Source: Paramicrosporidium saccamoebae KSL3
Lineage: Eukaryota > Fungi > Cryptomycota
Direction of reading: 5' to 3'
Assembly (NCBI GenBank): GCA_002794465.1
Contig: MTSL01000186.1
Coordinates: 435 to 32,434, forward strand
Length of the DNA: 32,000 nucleotides
In this document: positions 17,509 to 26,600 of the stretch, piece by piece
Numbering within the stretch: the stretch's first letter is position 1
How the letters are laid out: the number at the start of each line of letters is the position of its first letter
Notes under the pieces: generated by a model
Database searches by the model: none
What the model was told of the DNA's origin: nothing
What the model saw: the letters and a program-made list of their open reading frames with translations, nothing else
Translations under genes and position numbers: made by a program

Positions 17509-19266
17509 ATGAATAGACTGCTGGGTTTACTCCTTTCCGCTCTAGCGATTCAAAGGGTGTGTGTATCTGCAAGTTGTAGCCCCAGCGAGAGTGATGGCGG
17601 TATAAGCGCTGAAGATAAAAGCTTAGAAGACCCACCTGCGTACGTTGCACGAAAGCGGGAGGTGTCGGAAGCCGAGCTTGAAAAGGCAGGGAAAGTACGA
17701 GTCTATAAAAATTCTTCTCTAAAAAACTACGGAGCGGCCTATGCTACTGGCTTAACAATTTGCCGTCGTACTCGCACAAAATGGGGCAGAGATAAATCAA
17801 GTATCAGCCCTGAACCACGTGTGCACACGCGTAGCTCGTTTTGCGACTCGGACCAAAAGTCTGATATGAGGAGAGTACACTATGCTGCTTCCGAGGGAGA
17901 GTTGGATACATTGAACCAAGAATCTAGACCCGATTCAAGCTCCCTGCAGCGTTCCAAAGATTACTTGAATTCAGGAAACAAACGTGTCTGTGAGGATGGG
18001 AATACTAAAGGCTTAGAACTGTCCCTTAAACAGGAGCCAGTAACACTTTGGACTGAAGTGCAACCTTTCGTGGACGTGAGAAGGGATTATTTGAAAGCAC
18101 TAAAGTCGTGCCGGACAGAAGATCCCGATTCTTGCCCAAACGTGTATGATCTTAATTTTGCTGCTGGTCGAGGATGGTTGGAGATACTCGAATGGGCGTA
18201 TGACGTTAGTGAAAAACTTCCCACTACTTACGGTGCGAATTTGGCAGCGTTGAACAATCACGTCGCAGTCCTTGAGTGGTTGGATCTGCGGTGTGTGCAT
18301 GCTGCTTCCGAGAGAGAGTTGAATATATTGAATCGAGAACCTTGGACTAAAGAGCAATTGTCCAAGGTGAGAAGGGACCATTTGGATTTATTAAAGTCGT
18401 ACCGGTCAAAGGATCCCGGTTCTCACCCAAGAGTGGATACCCTTAATTTTGCTGCTGGTCAAGGATGGTTGGAGATACTTGAATGGGCGTATGACGTTAG
18501 TGGAAAACTTCCCACTACGGCCGGTGCGAATCAAGCAGCGTTGAACAATCATACCACGGTCCTCGAGTGGTTGGATCTGCGGGGTGTGCGTGCTGCTTCC
18601 GAGGGAGAGTTGGATACCTTGAATCGGGAAACTAGTCCTGATTCAAGCTCCCTGCAGCATTCCAAAGATCACTTGAATTCAGGCAACGAATGTGTCTGCG
18701 AGGAGGGGAATACTGAATGTTTGGAACTGTCCTTTGAAAAGGAGCCAGTAACACTTTGGACTGAAGAGCAATTGTTCGACAGGATGACAAGAGATTATTT
18801 CCGTACACCAAAATTGTGCCGGTCAAAAGATCCCGTTTTTTACCCAAAAGTGGATGACCTTCATTTAGCTGCTGGTCAAGGATGGTTAGATATACTTGAA
18901 TTGATGTATGACGTTATTGGAAAACTCCCCACTACTCACGGTGCGAATTGGGCAGCACAGAACGGTCACACCACAGTCCTCGAGTGGTTGGCCACGAAGA
19001 GTGTGTACCCTGATCAAACAGCTCTTGATAATTGTATCGAGCTTGGCAGATTGGCAGTCGTGCGCTGGATGATGCAAGAATTGCCGCACATGGCGCCATC
19101 TCAATTGTCTATCCTTAAAGCCACAAAGGTGGGTCACTTGGGCATCATCATGCATATTCACGAAACAAGACCAGATTTACTCGATTATTCAGCACTTTTG
19201 TCGGCAGCTAAGGCCAAGGGTTGGAATGGAATTGTTGATTTCTTAACGGCATGTGTGATCAATTAA
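17509..19266 (+). CDS. Array gene A6: rearranged member with signal peptide, no Trp-rich N-domain and an internally triplicated repeat block (585 aa)
   Basis: ATG in GGGCCATGA context; leader MNRLLGLLLSALAIQ; units start with GCTGCTTCCGAG at 17884, 18301 and 18592; normal terminal cap LLSAAKAKGWNGIVDFL. Confidence 0.8.
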   Translation: MNRLLGLLLSALAIQRVCVSASCSPSESDGGISAEDKSLEDPPAYVARKREVSEAELEKAGKVRVYKNSSLKNYGAAYATGLTICRRTRTKWGRDKSSISPEPRVHTRSSFCDSDQKSDMRRVHYAASEGELDTLNQESRPDSSSLQRSKDYLNSGNKRVCEDGNTKGLELSLKQEPVTLWTEVQPFVDVRRDYLKALKSCRTEDPDSCPNVYDLNFAAGRGWLEILEWAYDVSEKLPTTYGANLAALNNHVAVLEWLDLRCVHAASERELNILNREPWTKEQLSKVRRDHLDLLKSYRSKDPGSHPRVDTLNFAAGQGWLEILEWAYDVSGKLPTTAGANQAALNNHTTVLEWLDLRGVRAASEGELDTLNRETSPDSSSLQHSKDHLNSGNECVCEEGNTECLELSFEKEPVTLWTEEQLFDRMTRDYFRTPKLCRSKDPVFYPKVDDLHLAAGQGWLDILELMYDVIGKLPTTHGANWAAQNGHTTVLEWLATKSVYPDQTALDNCIELGRLAVVRWMMQELPHMAPSQLSILKATKVGHLGIIMHIHETRPDLLDYSALLSAAKAKGWNGIVDFLTACVIN

Positions 19267-19676
19267 AACGATAATACAGCCTCCGAGTCCCGGCTAAGAT
19301 TGATATATGCAGTTAGTATATTGTAGATTAAATTCGGGGCATTTCTGGGCTTGGTGTATGGGCGTAGTGAGAAAGTATAGCGACGGGCCGGCAAGTTTAA
19401 TAAAGAGCCTGGTGGATTAAACGGAAGAGCAATGGTTATTAAGAAATGTGACGCATAGACAACCACTCGATAGGATAGATCTCACTAGTGGAATTGGCAT
19501 CTAAATTGAGATCACCAGTGGACAGTATACTACATAAATACAATCTTGCAGACATAAATGGTTTAGCAGCACTTCCTGCCACAGCAGATTGGGGAAAAAG
19601 GGAAATTAATTGCTTTTCATCAACTACCGATTGTCGCTCATCAATCACCGTCCATCGACTACCAATTAACGTTAGA

Positions 19677-21365
19677 ATGCGACTCATCAGGACGACTTTC
19701 TTTAGTGTCCAGAGGGTTCAATGGTCTTTGTACCGAATACAACCGGTTCGGCTGAATGCCATATTGGCCAGGAGAATGTACACCACAGCGGGACCGGAGA
19801 CTAAAAGGGGCTGGTTTGCACGACTAAAATTGTTACTCACCAGACGACGGGGCTGGACTCGAGACGACGTCTGGGCACTGGGCAGTTGGCTCTTTGTTGG
19901 ACAAGGACTATTTATTCTGGCCGGAACCACCACCTTTGCCTCAGTGGTGCTGCTGCTTGCCAACAGCCTGCAGTTTCAGGATTGGTTGGCTCGTCGACTT
20001 GCAAAATATTTAGCCAAACACACGGGATTGGCATTTTCATTTGGAGAGACAATTGTTCCGAATTGGAGGAATGGACGCATCTCCTTCCGGGACGTCTCAG
20101 TCAAAAGTCTGCCTGGCGAAGGCGATTATGCACGGTATGACCTCCGTGTTGATCGTGCTGAAGTGACATTGTCCATGAAGCGCTACTTGGAGGGAAAGGG
20201 GTTGGTGGTGAGCTGCGACATGTCAGGCATCCGGGGGATTCTGGACAGGACTAATGTCCGTCCTCATGTCTATGAAGGGTGGCGATATCAAGGCCAGACT
20301 GGGGATTTCGATCTGCAGCAAGTGTCTCTTCGTGATTTGCTTGTCACCATCCACAATCCCGACGGCCACCGTTCATACGACATGTCCGTTATCTCTGCCG
20401 AGCTCCCTCGATTAAGGAAACGATTCATTTTGTACGATTTTCTGGCTGCCGAGTCGGTTGTGGGCATGTTGGACGGCAGCCTGTTTAGTATGCACATTCC
20501 CCAAGTGTCGTTGGGTGCAAATGAGCGCAAACGATGTGTATCCATGCGGCACCTCAAGATGAATTCATTGAATGTGGACTTTTTCACCAATGGTGCCACT
20601 ACCGGTCCCATTAGTTGGCTAACAAAGGGATCAGTTGATGTCAATGTCTTCATTCAGCTGCCTGCCAACTATCGTCATCCCTCGGACTCGGAATCAATCA
20701 CTGACAAGTTGGGCGCCCTTACCGAAGGCATCCTTGTACAAATATTCAAAGAATCTGGAGCTCAAACGCCCTCCGGAGACTACAATCCATGGACATTTAG
20801 TGAGTTAGCACAGATACGAGATGGCTTCCGCAAAGTGCGCGAGTCCCTATTTGGACCCTTCTTTGACCGTCTAAGATCACGGATGCAGGAGGATTTCTTA
20901 AATGTGGATGATCGGGCCCTGGAGGCGCCCGAAAAGGCCGCCCTGCATTTTATCCATCCCAAACCGGATACAGTCACATTCAAGGTGGACTTTCGCTTCC
21001 ACAATCTGCGGGCTCACCTTCCCCTGTGGACTAGTGAGCGGGGTCTGGTGGGTACAACTCTGATGCGGCCCTTGGTTGCCTACATTAACGAACAGCGGCC
21101 CTTTATCCCAATCTCATGCCACTTTGATATCTCCATGGAGCAACTAGAGGGATCCTGGACTCTCTATGAATCTGGAATAGCAGACGCCCTCTCCAAGGGC
21201 GCAACCGATTCGTTTGAAATGTTAGTCAGCGATCGACAAAAGAAAATCAAGAGACTGAAGAGAGTCAGTTTGTGGAGTCTCTATGCCGTGTTTAGAAATA
21301 TCAGAGTCTGGATGACCGATGCCGGCTACTTTCCGCATCTCAGGATATTACAACATGAACAATAG
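19677..21365 (+). CDS. MDM31: Mitochondrial inner-membrane protein Mdm31/Mdm32 family (562 aa)
   Basis: First ATG at 19677 gives an Arg-rich presequence-like N-terminus. Family-like motifs WTRDDVWALGSWL...TTTFASVVL, IVPNWRNGRISF, GKGLV...GIRGILDRT and C-terminal KRVSLWSL, recognised from memory of fungal Mdm31. Confidence 0.85.
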   Translation: MRLIRTTFFSVQRVQWSLYRIQPVRLNAILARRMYTTAGPETKRGWFARLKLLLTRRRGWTRDDVWALGSWLFVGQGLFILAGTTTFASVVLLLANSLQFQDWLARRLAKYLAKHTGLAFSFGETIVPNWRNGRISFRDVSVKSLPGEGDYARYDLRVDRAEVTLSMKRYLEGKGLVVSCDMSGIRGILDRTNVRPHVYEGWRYQGQTGDFDLQQVSLRDLLVTIHNPDGHRSYDMSVISAELPRLRKRFILYDFLAAESVVGMLDGSLFSMHIPQVSLGANERKRCVSMRHLKMNSLNVDFFTNGATTGPISWLTKGSVDVNVFIQLPANYRHPSDSESITDKLGALTEGILVQIFKESGAQTPSGDYNPWTFSELAQIRDGFRKVRESLFGPFFDRLRSRMQEDFLNVDDRALEAPEKAALHFIHPKPDTVTFKVDFRFHNLRAHLPLWTSERGLVGTTLMRPLVAYINEQRPFIPISCHFDISMEQLEGSWTLYESGIADALSKGATDSFEMLVSDRQKKIKRLKRVSLWSLYAVFRNIRVWMTDAGYFPHLRILQHEQ

Positions 21366-21474
21366 TTTTATATTAGTCTGAATTTTTGCGTGGCGAGGTA
21401 GGAATATTACCAGTGTCAATATAAGTAGGCGGTGGGGGACAACCAGTGGGTATGGATCCACCGGCATAGTGTCT

Positions 21475-21693
21475 AAACATTCGAGAGTTGATATTTCCAA
21501 ACGTTGAGAGTCGACATTTTCAGACATTGAAGTCGACGTTTTCAGACATTGGAGTCGACGTTTTCAGACATTGAAGTCGACATTTTCAGGCATTGAAGTC
21601 GACGTTTTCAGACATTGGAGTCGACGTTTTCAGACATTGGAGTCGACATTTTCAAACATTAGAGTCGACATTTTCCAAACATTAGAGTCGACG
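21475..21693. repeat. 22-bp minisatellite, about 10 units, between convergent MDM31 and subtilisin genes
   Basis: GTCGAC at 21510, 21532, 21554, 21576, 21598, 21620, 21642, 21664 and 21687; unit GTCGAC(A/G)TTTTCAGACATTG(A/G)A; degenerate copy GTTGAT at 21487. Confidence 0.95.
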
Positions 21694-21895
21694 CTTCTAT
21701 CCCTCGCCTCTGAATCTCCCTTCCGTATTTGGACAGTACCCAACACTCAGAACTTTGCATTTAGCTACTACTCCACAGAATGAACAATAGTTTTTAATTC
21801 CAGTTTTACAATGCGTCCATGGCATTATTATTTACATTTTGAACCTGGGACAGATTTTGTCAATCAGAGTCGTTGTAGTCAGTTTACAGTGGGCG

Positions 21896-23470
21896 CTATT
21901 CTTCCTTTAGGAGATACTTTGCCGCTGCCTCGGCATCAACCAGGCCAAATCCGTAATGATAATTTGGGAAATGATCCCATCGTTTTCCATAACAGGCTTG
22001 CTGCCCCATTTGTGGCTCTTTCAGTGCAGAAGTGTTGATCGTCTTGGTGATAAGAGCGCGAAGTTCGTCAAACTTCAAATCTCCCTTCATCGATAACAGT
22101 AATGCAGCGACACCAGCTACGTGGGGTGCCGCCATAGAAGTTCCTGACATGGCTACCAATTCGCCTCCGGGTTTGCATGAAACAATGGCCTGGCCAGGAG
22201 CAACATAATCGGGCTTGAATTGTGCATGTCCTAGTCGACTGCCGCCAGGACCGCGGCTGGAAAACACTGCCAGTGAGCCAAACTGATCAACCGCTCCAAC
22301 TCCAATAACATCTTCCAAATCACCAGGAGTGCCAACTGTGCCGCATGCCGGGCCAGAATTTCCTTGGGCAAAGATGGGAAAGACGCCGCCTGCCAACCAT
22401 GCCTTGACAGCAGAAGAGAACCAAGTCATACTGGCATCGTCGGTGATCTCGCCTCCCCAAGAATTGTTCACAATGTCAGCTCCAAGTTCACAGCGAGCAT
22501 TCTCACCATTAAGGTCAGTGGGACACATGACCCATTGCGCCGATGCCAACAATCTCTCCTGGGAACATCCCTCAGAGTCACATCCCTGAGATGCAATCCA
22601 TTTCGCTTCAGGTGCAACACCAATCCCGTCTCCAACCATTGTCCCCATCGTGTGAGTTCCATGTCCGTGGCAATCGTAAGGAAGTACTGCTAATCCTTCC
22701 GGATCAAACCAATTGTATTCGTGTTTGACAGTCTTTAGCTCCGAGTCGATTCCACGATACTTTCCCTTTAGTCTCGGATGGATAAAGTCTACACCAGTGT
22801 CAATGTTCGCCACCGTCACGCCCTTGCCCTTGGAGTGCTTCCATACCTTGTCTGCCTTGATAAGGCGCAAATGCCAGGGAATATAGTTTTCGGATAGATC
22901 AATCGTTTCAAATAAGCTTCTTCCGTGATACAGGCCGCCCACAGTCATTCTGCTCATTGGTGGGATTCGTGCGACAACACGATTTGGAGAAAGCGATATG
23001 ATATCTTTTCCTTCCTCCGATTGCGCCAATTGCACCAGCATGGTGAGGAGATAAAGTGGCGCTTGCTTGATGAGGATACTATTGTCAATCCAAAACGACT
23101 TGGCATTATATCCAAGTTTCTGGAGTTCATGCAGGGTGGGCCCCTGAGTCTTCTCGGCGTGTTTCAATAATATCTCCATAACAGTCTGGCGACGAATCCC
23201 GCGCGCCAATTGATCTGCAGTCAGTTGCATTTCCGATTCTCCCGCAAACTCCTGCCAGCCAGCGTATGCCGTCATGACTGGCAACCGACTCTCAAGAAGA
23301 CTGTTCACTCGGGCCATTGTTTTTGACTCAAAGTTGAATGGCTGGAATTGTACAAATGCATCAATGTGTCCAGTCGATTGTGCAATTTCCAGCAAGTCCC
23401 CGTGAATCTTCACAGAGAGGACGACAGGAAAAAGGGCTATGGACCATACAACGTCGCTGGTTACTCGCAT
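21896..23470 (-). CDS. Secreted subtilisin-family (S8) serine protease, bacillopeptidase F-like (524 aa)
   Basis: Catalytic triad motifs ANIDTGVD, HGHGTHTMGT and SGTSMAAPHVAG; oxyanion-hole region IFAQGNSG; ATG at 23470 followed by a hydrophobic leader and a prodomain-length segment. Confidence 0.92.
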   Translation of the reverse strand: MRVTSDVVWSIALFPVVLSVKIHGDLLEIAQSTGHIDAFVQFQPFNFESKTMARVNSLLESRLPVMTAYAGWQEFAGESEMQLTADQLARGIRRQTVMEILLKHAEKTQGPTLHELQKLGYNAKSFWIDNSILIKQAPLYLLTMLVQLAQSEEGKDIISLSPNRVVARIPPMSRMTVGGLYHGRSLFETIDLSENYIPWHLRLIKADKVWKHSKGKGVTVANIDTGVDFIHPRLKGKYRGIDSELKTVKHEYNWFDPEGLAVLPYDCHGHGTHTMGTMVGDGIGVAPEAKWIASQGCDSEGCSQERLLASAQWVMCPTDLNGENARCELGADIVNNSWGGEITDDASMTWFSSAVKAWLAGGVFPIFAQGNSGPACGTVGTPGDLEDVIGVGAVDQFGSLAVFSSRGPGGSRLGHAQFKPDYVAPGQAIVSCKPGGELVAMSGTSMAAPHVAGVAALLLSMKGDLKFDELRALITKTINTSALKEPQMGQQACYGKRWDHFPNYHYGFGLVDAEAAAKYLLKEE

Positions 23471-23628
23471 GATCGTTGACACCCGGCACAGATTCACCGC
23501 TAAAGTGCCTTCCTGATTAAGTATATCATGCAGAGTCAAATTCCGCCAATAAGCCCATGAGAAAGTACGACAGTATGTATTATATATGCAGACTACAAAT
23601 CTCACACATAAACACCCTCTCATGTGTA

Positions 23629-26600
23629 TTATTTGCTATTGAATTTCAAGAACACTTGAGACTCGATCGGCTGAGAGTCTACAAGCCCAAGCGTACCGAT
23701 CGGCTGAGAGTCTTCAATGACAGAATCTACAAGCTCAAGCGCACCGATCGACCTCACCAAAGAGTTCAAGGCAACTTCTTGGGCTTGGAGAAGACCAAAT
23801 GAGTCTTTGCTCCCAGTGGAGAGTCGAACGGTGGCGTTTTTGGGGACATTCTGCTCAGACGCCAGACGACGCACCGTCTTGACCACTTCATAAAGCTTGT
23901 CAAAGGCGGCTTCGGCCTGGGGATGAGAAAACTCATCATGGACAAGCGGATAGGCCGCCAGAGATATTGATTGAGTGGTATCCTGAGGACGGCGAACAAG
24001 ACGTTGATACAATTCCTCCGTAACATAGGGCATGAATGGGTGCAAGAGACAGAGTCCCTGCTCGAGACAAATATAAAGGACATTGCTAGCGCATCGACGA
24101 GAGTCCGCATCGGGGTTATCAGGAGTCAGGAGCGGCTTAATTGCTTCAATGTAAACGTCGCAAAGCTCATACAACCAGAAGGAATAGATAGCTTGGGTAG
24201 CATTCATGAGATTATTCGCTTCAAAGGCCTTGTTTGTCTCTGCAATTGCAGCATTCAGTCTAGACAAAATCCACTTATCAACCATTGATTCTTTTCCCAA
24301 AAGACAAATCTTGGGCTCGGGCATGTAGTCTTCGCCAAGTTTCATCAGGGCAAACCGGGTAGCATTCCACAACTTGTTACAGAAGCGACGATAGCCCTCA
24401 ACGCGATTAATGTTCATGTTAATATCTCGACCCTCGGCCACGTAGGAGCAGAGAGCGAATCGTAGCGCATCAGTTCCGCATTGCGGAATGCCATGCGGGA
24501 AATCTGCCTTCTGTCCTGCCTTGGCGACTTTGACTTCTTTAGGGTCTAAATTTCCCTTTTCCAGGCGCCCTTGCAGTTCGTCCAAGGTAATCCCTTCAAT
24601 GACGTCAATTGGATCAATGACGTTTCCTAAACTCTTGCTCATCTTCCTCCCATGGGCATCACGGACGAGCGCGTGCAAGAAGACTTTGGAAAAGGGAAGC
24701 TGTCCGGTCAAATGAATTCCCATCATCACCATCCTCGCCACCCAAAAGAACAAAATGTCAGAGCCCGTTTCCATTAGCTGATTTGGATAGAAATTCTTAA
24801 AATCTGCCGTCTCCTCCGGCCATCCGAGCGTCGAGAATGGCCATAGGGCCGAAGAAAACCAAGTGTCCAGGACATCCTCGTCTTGATGAACAGTAATTCT
24901 GGAAGGATCAACATTGGGCAGTCTAAGGGCAGCCTTTTTCAAAGCATCGTGTTCGTCTTGGGCAGCAATCCACACTTCGTCCTCAAGCGTTTTATTCCTT
25001 GGCTCCCCCTCGACGTGGACAATGTAGGCCGGGATGCGGTGTCCCCACCAAAGTTGACGGGAAAGACACCAATCGCGAATATTCTCAAGCCAATAATACC
25101 AAATCTTTTCGTGTTCCTTGGGAGAAATGTCCAGCGATCCATCCCTCACAGCCTCTACAGATTTTTTGGCCATGTCTTTGCAATCCAACCACCACTGGGG
25201 AATCAAACGAGGCTCAACAAAATCACCCGATCGACTACAAACGGGAATGACCATGGGATGGTTCCTCTCCTCGCGGAACGTTCCATTCTTTTTGATAAAC
25301 TCGACAACAGCATTGCGTGCATCATAGCGAGCCATTCCAGCAAACTCGCCGCAGTTGTCATTGAGGACGTTGTTGTCGTCAAAGATTGTAATGAATTTCA
25401 GATTGTGCTTCTGGCCAAGACCAAAGTCAATCATGTCATGGGCTGGAGACACTTTCAAGGCTCCAGTCCCCAATTCAAGGTCAGCCGCCTCGTCGCAGAT
25501 GATCGGGATGGCATTCCCCATAACGGGATGAATGACATTTTTTCCATGGTACTTGATGTATCGCTCATCCTTAGGATTCACACAAAGTGCGGTATCCGCA
25601 AAGACAGTCTCGGGACGGGTAGTACCAATAACAATCTCCTCCTCAGTTCCTTCAACCTTGTATGCAATGAACGTCATAGTTCCAAACTTGTAACGCTTGG
25701 AGGGATCGTGTCCATGGGCAGGAAACATGGCTCCCCCTTCAATCTCTTTCATATCGACTTCCAAGTCGGATAGTGAAGTTTTCAGCTTTCCACACCAGTT
25801 CACAAGCCGATTGGAGCGGAAGATGAGCCCCTCTTCGAACATTTTAATAAACCCTTCCTTAACGGCGACATTCAACTTTGGGTCCAACGTAAAACAAGCG
25901 CGTTCCCAGTCGGCAGACGCACCCATCCGACGAAGTTGGTCGTAAATCCTACCACCATACTGCTCCTTCCATCTCCAGACTTCCTGGATAAAAGCCTCTC
26001 TTCCTAGATCGTGGCGAGACAAATTCTTTTCCTTCTTGAGAGTCTTTTCAACCACAGCTTGGGTCGCAATGCCAGCGTGGTCACATCCTGGGAGGTACAG
26101 AACGGCTTTCCCATTCATCCGATTCCATCTGACAATTGCATCTTCAATAGAAAGCATGCACGCATGTCCTAAATGCAGCGAGCCAGTCACGTTAGGAGGT
26201 GGCATGACAATGGTAAAGGCTTCTCGTGAGTCACTCACAGGCCCGAGGAACTCGGGTTTAAAGAAGCCAGATTTTTCCCACCAGGAATACCACGCCGACT
26301 CCACGGCCATTGGATCATACGAGCTAGCCATGGGCTTTGACATGTCCTTCTTTTCGCCAGGAGGAGTGTCATTCACAAATTCAGTCTTGCTGGAAATATT
26401 CAGCGTCTTGGGTTTGGCTGCGTTTGCGGTAATAGTCTTAAACTGGTCTTGCTTTTTTGCCAGCTTCTCAAGTTTGGCTGCGCGTTTCGCATCATTCTTT
26501 GCCTTGTTCTTTTCGGCCTTTTCAGGATTAATTTCCATCAAGGAGCTTTTAGAACTATCCACGGGCTCACTGGACATTCTTCTAACAGTGTGAAATGTTC

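Noticed and set aside
19264-19266. TAA/TAG reassigned to Gln (A6's TAA aligns with A1's CAA)
   Set aside because: RPT5 ends in TAA exactly after its conserved YYA tail, NUP42-like ends in TAG after its terminal motif, and no conserved gene needs read-through.
19488-19676. 63-aa N-terminal extension of MDM31 in the ORF track
   Set aside because: Starts at GTG inside DNA homologous to the array's 3' flank; the ATG at 19677 gives a plausible presequence.
21475-21693. 22-bp array as a CRISPR array or plasmid iterons
   Set aside because: Units are contiguous with no unique spacers; there are no cas or rep genes; the context is eukaryotic with introns.
21571-21783. 70-aa ORF across the 22-bp array
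   Set aside because: TTG start; low-complexity translation of a repeat whose period is not a multiple of 3.
23471-23623. N-terminal extension of the subtilisin ORF
   Set aside because: Non-ATG start; it would bury the hydrophobic leader that follows ATG 23470.
24883-25773. 296-aa antisense ORF (and 26036-26593) over ValRS
   Set aside because: Lies wholly within a conserved gene, has no recognisable motif, and is explained by codon usage on the sense strand.
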